The notes under the pieces were generated by a model that had not been told where the DNA came from, ran no database searches, and saw nothing but the letters and a program-made list of their open reading frames with translations. A stretch of 64,000 bases of DNA, from positions 1-64,000 of the forward strand of contig CALSSJ010000012.1 of NCBI GenBank assembly GCA_943788985.1. Direction: 5' to 3'. Shown in pieces: positions 33,120 to 41,480 of this stretch. The translations under genes and the position numbers were made by a program. The first letter of the stretch is position 1; the number at the start of each line of letters is the position of its first letter. The DNA is from an uncultured Lentisphaerales bacterium. GTDB lineage: Bacteria > Verrucomicrobiota > Lentisphaeria > JABSQK01 > UBA12247.

Positions 33120-34108
33120 CTTTTACCTAAGTTGATGTTTCGGCTATTTTCCGCCGCCTGCATCCGGCTTCTTTGAGTCTGCTTGGCTAGCGTAAAGGTG
33201 GCCACCACGGCGCGGTGGTCAGAGGGATAGGGAGCAACCACGATGTCCGCGATCTCTTCATTCTCCCCAACGATCTTTGCGTCGGTCACTTTTACGCCAT
33301 TGCCCCTGAAATACACAAAATCAATGCGGTCAGGGTGGCTTCTCGGGTCATCGTCCTTGTAGGCTGGTGACCAGGTGAAGCCCGGCTTTTCCATCTCGTC
33401 GGGATAGATCGTGCGATAGGCATCGGTAAAGCCGGCTTTGGCGAACACCTTAGAGGTGGGGAATTCCACCTTGATGGGGTGGCGACCGGACTGGGCCGCT
33501 TTTTCGGTCCAGTCAAGGTGTGACGGTTCATTGAAATCACCTACTATAAAAACAGGAGCCTTTTTATCGGAGAGGGACCTTACCAGCCTGAGAAGTCTTG
33601 CGATGTCTCTACCTCGAGCTTTTTGGGCTCCTTCAATCGCTTCGGCTTCGGTCTTGATGAAGGGGGTATTCCTGTGTTTCTTAAACTTTGGCCGAATGCC
33701 CATCAGCTGGTAGGGCTGATAAGGATTAGATGGTAGGTGCAGGTTGAAGATGTAGGCTTGCTGATCCGAAAGCAGTTTGACTTTGATGCCATCTCTCTTC
33801 TCTTCGACAATCTCGTAACGCGTGAGGATGGGACCGTAGTGATTCCAGCCCAGTAGCTGCGCCAACTTCACGGCACTATCGCCGGCCTCCTGCATGCCGA
33901 CCACATCGGCCTTTGCCTCCTGAATCACCTTGGCCGTTTGGGATAAGGGTTGCCCACGCTTCGTGCCGCCGCGATAGACATTGTAAGACATGACCTTGAC
34001 GCTGAGCTCTTCGCTGGACTCTTCAGTTTGTGCGTGCAGGGGAGAACCAAAAGACGCCCCAGCAGCAATCAGTATTACTATCGTAACCGTGCGAATTATG
34101 TTCTTCAT
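33116..34108 (-). CDS. Secreted EEP-family protein
   Basis: Signal peptide; VMSYNV, DVVGMQE, VGDFNEPSHLDW, DRIDFVY, PSDHRAV. Confidence 0.9.
   Translation of the reverse strand: MKNIIRTVTIVILIAAGASFGSPLHAQTEESSEELSVKVMSYNVYRGGTKRGQPLSQTAKVIQEAKADVVGMQEAGDSAVKLAQLLGWNHYGPILTRYEIVEEKRDGIKVKLLSDQQAYIFNLHLPSNPYQPYQLMGIRPKFKKHRNTPFIKTEAEAIEGAQKARGRDIARLLRLVRSLSDKKAPVFIVGDFNEPSHLDWTEKAAQSGRHPIKVEFPTSKVFAKAGFTDAYRTIYPDEMEKPGFTWSPAYKDDDPRSHPDRIDFVYFRGNGVKVTDAKIVGENEEIADIVVAPYPSDHRAVVATFTLAKQTQRSRMQAAENSRNINLGKR
33141..33170 (-). repeat. attC-like left arm and loop at the EEP gene end
   Basis: Minus strand AAGCC-GGATGCAGGCG-GCGGA-AAATAG-CCG (reads KPDAGGGK* in an alternative frame). Confidence 0.55.
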
Positions 34109-34111
34109 AAT

Positions 34112-34144
34112 ATTTAACCTCTACCCGCACCGAATTGCTCGGTG
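34112..34144 (-). repeat. Eroded copy of the compact attC-like site
   Basis: Minus strand CACCGAGCAATTCGGTGCGG-GTAGAG-GTTAAAT; homologous to 19976-20024 and 45508-45556. Confidence 0.5.
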
Positions 34145-34155
34145 ATGGTTTTTTC

Positions 34156-34291
34156 AACCACTGATGAACACTGATTTTCATTCGGTAATTCGTTTCCATT
34201 CGAGTTTTGGCTTTTTGAAATTCAGAATAGACCCCAGGCGATCTCCTGTGATTTCTCAGCCTCACAAATCGGTTCAGGTTTATCAGTGGTT
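34156..34291 (-). mobile_element. Miniature inverted-repeat element with a deleted GxxExxY gene (copy 2)
   Basis: Arms AACCACTGAT.. / ..ATCAGTGGTT. The interior translates to ITGDRLGSILNFKKPKLEWKRITE*. Confidence 0.7.
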
Positions 34292-34311
34292 AAGTCTTCT
34301 TCTTCCTTCGC

Positions 34312-34351
34312 TGCCAACGTCGCGGATCAGGCGCGACTATTTCCCGTCGCC
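34312..34351 (-). repeat. attC-like loop and right half
   Basis: Minus strand GGCG-ACGGG-AAATAG-TCG-CGCCTGATCC-GCGAC-GTTGGCA, just after the GH29 stop codon. Confidence 0.65.
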
Positions 34352-34357
34352 CAAATA

Positions 34358-36016
34358 CTATATCGCTCCTTCTTCCCGCGTCCCGGTCTCTGTTTTGCTG
34401 GGAATGTAGTCCTTCGGATTCGTCCGCTTGTCGTAGGGATTCCAATACAACCCAATCCCCGAAATCAGCGGTGTCGTCCGCCCGTCTTCAATCACCAGGC
34501 GGAACTTCTGCGCGGTGACAGCGGGGAACCGGATCTGACGACGGTACCCAATCGTCTTGCTGGCATGCAGCGCAGACCACTTACCGCTGTCATCGAGGTA
34601 CTCCATGCGATGCGCCCCCACACGCTGCCCCATCTGGACCGGCTCACGCAGCTCGAATACGTTCACACTCTTCTTTTTTCCCAGGTCCAAGGTCAGGGTA
34701 GCCGTCACTTCCTGGTCCTGGCCTGCCCAATAGGTCGCCTGCCGGCCATCCAAAGCCTTCTCGGCGCTGAAGCGCGGATCGGCGTCGCCCCAGCTCTTGT
34801 CCGCCGTGATCGTGGCGCCTTCAGCCAGGTTTACGGCAAAGATTGTGTCGATCTCATCGGTCAACTGTTTCAGCGCCGCGACCTGATCCTCTGGGAAACG
34901 GCCGGTTTTATCCGGCGACAGGTTCAGCATCATCGTGCAGCCGCGGCCAATCGAAGCAAAGTGGAGGTCGCGCAGCTGCTGCGGCGATTTAGGTTGGCTA
35001 CGAGGCCCTCGTCTCCAGAACCACCCGCGGAGAATGGATGTATTTGCCTCCCGCGGCATGTAGCGCAGGAGCTCAACGGCCTTGTAGCTCGGTTGACCGC
35101 CGGCCACAACCCCGGCAGCCGCCCCCTTATCATAGGTGTGGCCAATATAGGCAACCGGCAGTTTCCCTCGCCGCACACGCGATGGCGTCTTGTACGGCGA
35201 AGACTCAAAGCACCAATTCTCCTCCCGGCCCACGCCGGCTTCATTGCCCACCCCGCCAACGTCCGGCCCCATCATCTCGATAAAGGCAGCTGGCGCATAG
35301 CGACGAATCACCTTGTAGTATCCCGGCCAGTCAAACGGCGACATGTTACGGCTGTCCTTCGATCCCCCGAACGCACCGTCAAACCAGAACCCGGCAACCG
35401 GACCATACTCCGTCATCAGCTCAACCAGTTGATCGGTGAAGTAATCGTTATACGCCTCCGTCCCATAGCGCTTGTCGTGACGATCCCACGGCGAGAGATA
35501 GTAGTTGATCCCGATTCCCTGCTTATTGCAGGCATCAGAGAACTCGCGCAAGATGTCTCCCTTGCCATCAGCCCATTTTGTCGATTTCACCGAATGATCC
35601 GTATGCGGGCTCGGCCAGAGACAGAAACCATCATGGTGCTTCGCCGTCAGCGAAATCACCTTGAACCCATTCTCCTTGGCAACCCGAACCCACTGCTGGC
35701 AGAAATTTTGGGACGTCGGAGCAAACACGTTCGGATCCTCGTTGCCATCTCCCCATTCCTGTCCGGTAAAGTTGTTGACCGTGAAGTGAATGAACATCTG
35801 CTTCTCGAGATGGTGGTATTTGAGCTGCACATCCGTTGGGAGGGGCGAAACGGCAGGAGGTCCATTTTCCAACTGCCGGATAATGTCCCACACCTCTCCA
35901 CGCTCCGCTGCGGCACTCATGGCCGCACTTGCCGTCAAGACAACTGCGGTCACGCCAACACCCAACCATCGTAACCCTCTACGCATCACATGCGCCTGGT
36001 TTGTTCCTTGCATCAT
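34358..36016 (-). CDS. GH29 alpha-L-fucosidase with a C-terminal F5/8 type C (CBM32-like) domain
   Basis: MFIHFTVNNFTGQEWGDG, LTAKHHDGFCLWPS, YLSPWDRH, FWFDGA, SIGRG..LNLSPD; ALDGRQATYW, TIGYRR. Confidence 0.92.
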   Translation of the reverse strand: MMQGTNQAHVMRRGLRWLGVGVTAVVLTASAAMSAAAERGEVWDIIRQLENGPPAVSPLPTDVQLKYHHLEKQMFIHFTVNNFTGQEWGDGNEDPNVFAPTSQNFCQQWVRVAKENGFKVISLTAKHHDGFCLWPSPHTDHSVKSTKWADGKGDILREFSDACNKQGIGINYYLSPWDRHDKRYGTEAYNDYFTDQLVELMTEYGPVAGFWFDGAFGGSKDSRNMSPFDWPGYYKVIRRYAPAAFIEMMGPDVGGVGNEAGVGREENWCFESSPYKTPSRVRRGKLPVAYIGHTYDKGAAAGVVAGGQPSYKAVELLRYMPREANTSILRGWFWRRGPRSQPKSPQQLRDLHFASIGRGCTMMLNLSPDKTGRFPEDQVAALKQLTDEIDTIFAVNLAEGATITADKSWGDADPRFSAEKALDGRQATYWAGQDQEVTATLTLDLGKKKSVNVFELREPVQMGQRVGAHRMEYLDDSGKWSALHASKTIGYRRQIRFPAVTAQKFRLVIEDGRTTPLISGIGLYWNPYDKRTNPKDYIPSKTETGTREEGAI

Positions 36017-36384
36017 AACCTCCTGTTTTTTCCTTCGTTCGAATATGTTTCTTGTGAGTCATCTCCTTAACGCGTCAGCCAGTAGAATCCGAGAATCATG
36101 ACCACAACCGCTACCCAACAGGCAGCTGAGAGGAGAGGCCGCATCCCCCTGTTTCCTGGCCTAGACAGCCAGGAATAGGCAGGAAAGTCCCACGGAGTTC
36201 AAACGTTAACACAAGGATATAGGCCTCGCTTGTCAAGCTATAACAGAGGCAAGAATCTCCGTCACAGTAGAAATGTCTACAATCGGGCCACTGCTGCCGT
36301 GACGAAGCGCCACGCAACGCGACTCGGCTAGGAGAGCCAAGCTACGTTCATCGCCTCACAGCAACGGGATATCCCATCCCCTAA

Positions 36385-38489
36385 CCCGAGTTTCGCACTA
36401 TAGCCTACACTCAAGCGTAAAAATCGGAGAAATCGACGCGAGTCACTACACAAAACGACTGCGTTCAGTCCGGCTGTCGGTAGCACGAATGCTGAGTCGG
36501 AAGCAATGACAAATCGATCCCGAGATGGTTGTAAATCTGACGGTGGATAGGCTCGGGCCGACCGGGTTTGCGTACGCGATGCACCTCGCCACTGATAGTC
36601 GGTAGCTCGGTGGTCGCGTAGCAATGCGACCCGAGAATCTCGCGCAGCGTCGCCCAGTTGCGCCGATCTCCACACTGCTCAAGCCTGTAGCAGACAAAGC
36701 GCATCAGCTGGTAGGCCAGCAGCGATATGAAAATATGGCCGTCGACGCGGTGCTCGAGGCGGTGAAAGTTCGGCCGGAGACCGAGCTGACCTTTCAGACA
36801 GCGAAAACCGGCCTCGGCCTTTGTCAGCACCATGTAGCTGCGCCAGAGCTCAACAGCCGATAGCGTCGGTGCATGGGCCTGGAGCACGTAGCAACCATCG
36901 AGAGTCGCGGCCTGGGCCATGTTGGCGTCGTCATGCTCCCAGGTAAGCGCCCCGTCTTTGCACGAAATCTGATAGTAGCGAGCCACTCGGCTGTGACGCT
37001 CTCGTAAGCGGCCGATAGCCTGGTCGATCTTCTTGGGCGCCTTCAATCGGCCCTTGCTAATCCGCACGCGCAATTTTTCTAGATCCGCCAGCAGGCGCTC
37101 ATCGGCCTTGCTGCGAATGGCGGATTCTTTGAGACCGCGCTGGGTGCTGCGGCAGAGCAAAAACTGGTCATCATACTCGGCTTCTTTTACCGCATCGATT
37201 CCGACCAGCTGAGGTCGGGCCAGCTTGCTCACTTCGACTTTGCGATCCGGAATCTGCTCAAAAGTGGCCGCGGCGAAGGTCTCGCTGAAATGATTGCGGA
37301 AGCTACGCGTGCGGTTCACCAGGTAGTTAATTTTGGCCTCGCGTAGCGTCTTGAGATTCTCTTCAGTCGCCAAGCCGCCGTCAAGAACGACGATCGGCGG
37401 CGCGGATAAGTGCTGGCCTGTCAGCGTCTTTTGCAAGGTCTCGATCATCTCCGGCAGGGTCGTGGCGTCGCCAGTATTGCCGGCAAAAGTGCGATGAAAA
37501 AGGATGAAGCCGTGCTCGTCGAAACACACGCCCGCCGCTACCAAGGGGCAGTCGTTGCGCTTCTGTTTGCTCTTGCCTCGCTGGGCCTTCGGGTTCTGCT
37601 CACAGATTCCTTCGAAATGCGTGTTCGTGAGATCATACAAGTAGTAGGTCCGCTGCAGCGACAGCTTACTGGCGATGATCTCTTGCATATGCAGCTCGAT
37701 CTCATCGCGTGCCTCGATCAAGCGATCGCTAACCCGATAATAGCGATCTTTGTTGATCTGCGTGTCGTGCTTAAGCCCCAAGAGATCTGCCAACGACGAG
37801 CCTGCCAGGAAGCGTTCGGTGAGGGCCAACTCGCTTCCTGGGGCGACCATCCGGCCGATGACTTGGACAATGGCCGCCTGACGTTGTGCGGGGTTAAAGT
37901 TGAGGCGTTCGAGGAGGGAATCCATGTTCAGTTCACGCCAGGCATGCAGGGCCAGCAACTCTGGTCCGAGGCGGGTAGTCTGCCCGGTAGAGACTTGCTC
38001 GACGAGTACGCCGTCGATGCTTGGCGAAGGCGCTTCATCACTCTGCGGCGTCGGCTCCTGCTTGCGTTCTCCGATAGGCACCCAGGTTCCCTTGCGTCGG
38101 ACGGCTCCGACGATTTCGTTGGCCTCTTCGACGACATCGGTTGGCATGCGAAGCAGCAGAGGGCGGCAATAGAGTTCCGCGTCGATGACTTGGGCGATGA
38201 GCTTTCCACGCGCCTTGTCGAGTTCACGCATGCCCAAGGATAAGACCACGCGGTTGCGTGGTTGGCCGTCTGCATTGCGATAGGACTCAAGCAGTTGCAG
38301 GATCTGCTTGCCTCGAGATGTGCGTGTGGCGAAGTACATGAGAATACGATGGCACGCTCATGTAGCGCCGTCAAGGGAAATTCCAATATTGCAGTAACTA
38401 CGAGACCGCTTCTCGCGCCCGTGAGCGAGAAGCGATGGCAAAATATGCCCAAAATTCGTCAAAATCCGGATTTCAGTGCGAAACTCGGG
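36385..38489 (-). mobile_element. IS1634-family insertion sequence (2105 bp)
   Basis: Perfect 15-bp terminal inverted repeat CCCGAGTTTCGCACT (36385-36399 / 38475-38489), flanked by direct repeat CTAA (36381-36384, 38490-38493); a single transposase ORF. Confidence 0.9.
36465..38339 (-). CDS. IS1634-family DDE transposase
   Basis: LQLLESYRNADGQPRNRVVLSLG, LYDLTNTHFEG, RGKSKQKRNDCP, VVLDGG, EAGFRCLKGQLGLRPNFH, RVDGHIFISLLAY. Confidence 0.9.
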   Translation of the reverse strand: MYFATRTSRGKQILQLLESYRNADGQPRNRVVLSLGMRELDKARGKLIAQVIDAELYCRPLLLRMPTDVVEEANEIVGAVRRKGTWVPIGERKQEPTPQSDEAPSPSIDGVLVEQVSTGQTTRLGPELLALHAWRELNMDSLLERLNFNPAQRQAAIVQVIGRMVAPGSELALTERFLAGSSLADLLGLKHDTQINKDRYYRVSDRLIEARDEIELHMQEIIASKLSLQRTYYLYDLTNTHFEGICEQNPKAQRGKSKQKRNDCPLVAAGVCFDEHGFILFHRTFAGNTGDATTLPEMIETLQKTLTGQHLSAPPIVVLDGGLATEENLKTLREAKINYLVNRTRSFRNHFSETFAAATFEQIPDRKVEVSKLARPQLVGIDAVKEAEYDDQFLLCRSTQRGLKESAIRSKADERLLADLEKLRVRISKGRLKAPKKIDQAIGRLRERHSRVARYYQISCKDGALTWEHDDANMAQAATLDGCYVLQAHAPTLSAVELWRSYMVLTKAEAGFRCLKGQLGLRPNFHRLEHRVDGHIFISLLAYQLMRFVCYRLEQCGDRRNWATLREILGSHCYATTELPTISGEVHRVRKPGRPEPIHRQIYNHLGIDLSLLPTQHSCYRQPD

Positions 38490-38607
38490 CTAAGCATAGC
38501 GTATTCAGTGATCTCATTTTCTTATCTCTTTTTATTTTCGGTTCTTCGTTGATTCTAGTGGTAGTTCAGGACGTTTTGACCGGATAACTGGATAAGTCGG
38601 ATAGTTT

Positions 38608-39015
38608 TTAATCCTGTTGATCAAGCGTTTTTAAATCCCGCACCTTCCGCTTCACTTCGACTTTGGTCTCCGCGAAATTAAGAATGAGCCCAATTACTTT
38701 CTGAGTTGCCGTCAGGTAGTTCACCAGTTGAATCTCGTGGGCCCGAACAATGCTCCTAACCGATTTCAATTCAAGAATAATGACATCCTCTACAAGAACA
38801 TCTGCAACAAACGTCCCAACCACCTCTCCCTCGTATGCAACCTGGAGCGGCACCTGTGACTCCGCAACCAACCCAGCCTTCTTCAATTCGATCATCAGGC
38901 ACTTTTCATAAACTGACTCTAGAAACCCGAAGCCCATTTTGTTATAAACCTGATAAGCACATCCGATAATTGCCTTCGTCAGCTCTTGATGCTCCAGTCT
39001 CTCCCCTTTAGACAA
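38608..39015 (-). CDS. GxxExxY protein (PD-(D/E)xK nuclease-like)
   Basis: ELTKAIIGCAYQVYNKMG-FGFLESVYE (GxxExxY), ADVLVEDVIILELK, HEIQLVNYLTAT..GLILNF. Imperfect inverted repeats at 38576-38602 and 39043-39070. Confidence 0.92.
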   Translation of the reverse strand: MSKGERLEHQELTKAIIGCAYQVYNKMGFGFLESVYEKCLMIELKKAGLVAESQVPLQVAYEGEVVGTFVADVLVEDVIILELKSVRSIVRAHEIQLVNYLTATQKVIGLILNFAETKVEVKRKVRDLKTLDQQD

Positions 39016-39122
39016 TGATGTTTTTTGATTTACTGCATTTCCATCCTGCAGATCCTGTTATCTCGTCCAATATTCCTCCCCCCCACCTTCCATCTCGACA
39101 ACTTCTACGAAGAACGGTTTTC

Positions 39123-40748
39123 TTAATCCTTTTGGGCTTTTTCGGCTGCTTCTAGTGACACCGCGGGAAGAGATTTCTTCTTGGTGGGGGGCGCTTTCGA
39201 AGGAGCCACCTTGGCTGTGATCTCAGCTTCCGTGGTGAAGATGGAGGCGGGCAGGCCTTCCTTGTTATACAGGTTGGCGCCTTCCGGATTCGGTGCCCAG
39301 GCATAGCGGACAACAACCGGCTGCCGCACCTCCGGGTGGGAGACCGTGACCGTGTCTTTTCCGGTGATTTCAGCCTGCGCCGATTTCCACTGGCGATCTG
39401 CCCCGCGAATCTGGAACTGTTTCAACGGCTCCCCGGTTTCCCGCGCAGGATCCATCACCGGCTTCTCGCCGCTTATGAGCCCGGAGCCGGCGGAATCAAA
39501 CGTGATGATCACTTTATCGCCTTTGATGTTGTGGCTCTGATAGAGCGGGCCGCTGCAAACAGAGACCTTCTGTTTGTAATCATGCTTCAACGCCCACAGC
39601 GCCAGACGCTTGCCGACATCCATTTTGTTGTGCGGATGGACGTCCCGGGCTTCGCCGATATCACGCAGCACCGCCATGCCGGTGTTTTTGAGACCGAGCG
39701 TTCGGCGCTGCTGATCGCAGACCGTGGGCCATCCGTCGAACGCAGGCGTCCCGGGAGCCGGTCTCGCATAGTTCGCCAACTGCGCGAAGTAAAACGGAAA
39801 GTCGCCTTGCCCCCAATGCTCACGCCAACTGCTGATCAGCGCCCGTAAATTGCGTTCATACATCTGAGGATTATGGCTGGAATTGGCTTCACCCTGATAC
39901 CAGATCGTGCCCTTGATGGCGTACGGGATGACCGGATTGACCATACCATTGAAAATTGTGGATGGTACCGTCGGACGCCATCCCCGCCTAGTGGCTTCCC
40001 TTTCAGCCCTCTCTTCTTCCTCCAGCATCATATTGTTCTGGTAATACACGGCCATCTCCTCGTCCTGCTGATACGCCTCTGCCGGAATCCAGGGTTCCAC
40101 ACGGGTCGCGCCCCAGGCACACAGAATCAAACCGACCGGAACATCCAGATCCTTGCGCAGCTCGCGCCCGAAAAAGTAGGCCGTGCCGGAAAAGTCCGGA
40201 TTGGTTTGCGGCGATGAAGACATCCACTGACCGCTCAGCCTCCCCAACGGCTCCAGCGGCGACGTGTTACCGGTGACCGTAAACTGCCGCAGCATCTCAT
40301 CCCGAGCCGTAGTCATTTCCTGTTTCACATAGGAGGCAGCGGGCTTATATCTCTTCTCCGTCCGATGGTTATTGGTTTTCGCCAAACTTTTCAGATTAAA
40401 AGCCATATTGGATTGGCCGGAACAGAACCACACTTCACCCGAGAGCACGTCTTTAATCTCAACCGTGTTGTTCCCCTGAATCGTGAGCGCGTACGGGCCG
40501 CCAGCTTCAGGCGTTTTCAGCTTCAGCATCCATTTACCGGATGCGTCGGCTGTCGTAGCCGCAGATTCACCCCAGCTCGCGCTGACAGTCACGGTTTCAC
40601 TCGCATCTGCGGTCCCCCAGACGGGGGCTTGGGTTTCACGCTGGATCACCATGCCATCGGCAAACAGCGCCGCCGGCTTCACATCCGCCATGCCGATAAA
40701 AGGCAGTGTTAGCACGCACATCGCTATTTGTTGTATCAGTTTCATCAT
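39123..40748 (-). CDS. Secreted sialate O-acetylesterase (SASA)-like protein
   Basis: Start MMKLIQQ at 40748; GEVWFCSGQSNM, AWGATRVEPW, IWYQGEAN, DVHPHNK, VRYAW. Confidence 0.9.
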   Translation of the reverse strand: MMKLIQQIAMCVLTLPFIGMADVKPAALFADGMVIQRETQAPVWGTADASETVTVSASWGESAATTADASGKWMLKLKTPEAGGPYALTIQGNNTVEIKDVLSGEVWFCSGQSNMAFNLKSLAKTNNHRTEKRYKPAASYVKQEMTTARDEMLRQFTVTGNTSPLEPLGRLSGQWMSSSPQTNPDFSGTAYFFGRELRKDLDVPVGLILCAWGATRVEPWIPAEAYQQDEEMAVYYQNNMMLEEEERAEREATRRGWRPTVPSTIFNGMVNPVIPYAIKGTIWYQGEANSSHNPQMYERNLRALISSWREHWGQGDFPFYFAQLANYARPAPGTPAFDGWPTVCDQQRRTLGLKNTGMAVLRDIGEARDVHPHNKMDVGKRLALWALKHDYKQKVSVCSGPLYQSHNIKGDKVIITFDSAGSGLISGEKPVMDPARETGEPLKQFQIRGADRQWKSAQAEITGKDTVTVSHPEVRQPVVVRYAWAPNPEGANLYNKEGLPASIFTTEAEITAKVAPSKAPPTKKKSLPAVSLEAAEKAQKD

Positions 40749-40830
40749 GATTTCAGTATTGTCCTTCTTCGTTTCAATGTTCCTGGATGGTGGATGCAAA
40801 GCCCGCTTCCACGGTCGGCAGCGCGTCCGT

Positions 40831-41026
40831 GTCGCAAAGCTCCGGAAAGCCTCGCTCAGGGCCGAAATCGCCTCACGCAACTTCGGCTTCCGTCGTCGGG
40901 ACGGAATATCCAACAGCCAACAAGGAATCTCCAACACCCAAGGCTCGCGGATTCCTGCTCGTGAGCCTCATTTGGCTATTGGATATTCCTTGTTGGTCAT
41001 TGGACATTCTGGAAACAGAAGTTGCG
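40831..41026. repeat. Nested REP-like palindromic element
   Basis: Outer arms CGCAACTTCGGCTTCC (40876-40891) / GGAAACAGAAGTTGCG (41011-41026); inner ~38-bp arms 40904-40941 / 40972-41009; core GGCTCGCG..CGTGAGCC. Confidence 0.75.
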
Positions 41027-41029
41027 CGA

Positions 41030-41127
41030 TGGTGAGGCCGTTTCCTGAGCGCGTCCGTGTCGACTTGGCCCTGTGCCGTCCCCGTGAGCGTGGCTCCCAG
41101 GAGTAGGATGATCCAGATTCTGTGCAT
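41030..41127 (-). pseudogene. Orphan signal-peptide-coding gene start, truncated at the palindrome
   Basis: MHRIWIILLLGATLTGTAQGQVDTDALRK is a well-formed Sec signal peptide; the reading frame then runs into the repeat. Confidence 0.4.
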
Positions 41128-41249
41128 TCGCTCGGTCCGTGGTTGAGTTGCTGGTTGCGCCAAATCCGCGGCGTCTGTCAATAATTACAGCGCCGCTCTG
41201 GCAATCTCTCAGGCACATTTGGTGCAGCGGGGAGGGACTTTTGTGATTT

Positions 41250-41287
41250 GATTGACCGGATTGACAACGACGTCAATACGGTCAATC
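41250..41287. repeat. Short hairpin/palindrome
   Basis: GATTGACCGGATTGAC-AACGAC-GTCAATACGGTCAATC, 15/16 complementary. Confidence 0.6.
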
Positions 41288-41480
41288 GCGTCAATAATGT
41301 CTCCTCTACTGCGGCTCCGCCTCGATTGGTCGGGTACCGCGGCACCCCGATCGACAGAATGCGCGCAGGGAGTTCCTCTTTTCTGTCATTTCTACTTTTG
41401 GTATTCGGATTTGACTTCGTCGAGCTCGCAGGCTCGGTTCTGTCCCATCTCCCGGTGTACTTTAAGGGGAAAACTCAGGC

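Noticed and set aside
34286..35974. 562-aa plus-strand ORF
   Set aside because: Antisense shadow of the GH29 gene with no recognisable motifs. The same applies to other long plus-strand ORFs (28683-30101, 47952-49100, 53384-54448, 46872-47834).
36200..36245. TTGACA on the minus strand as a promoter, or an attI-like region upstream of GH29
   Set aside because: No convincing -10 box at 16-18 bp spacing and no adjacent integrase to anchor an attI call.
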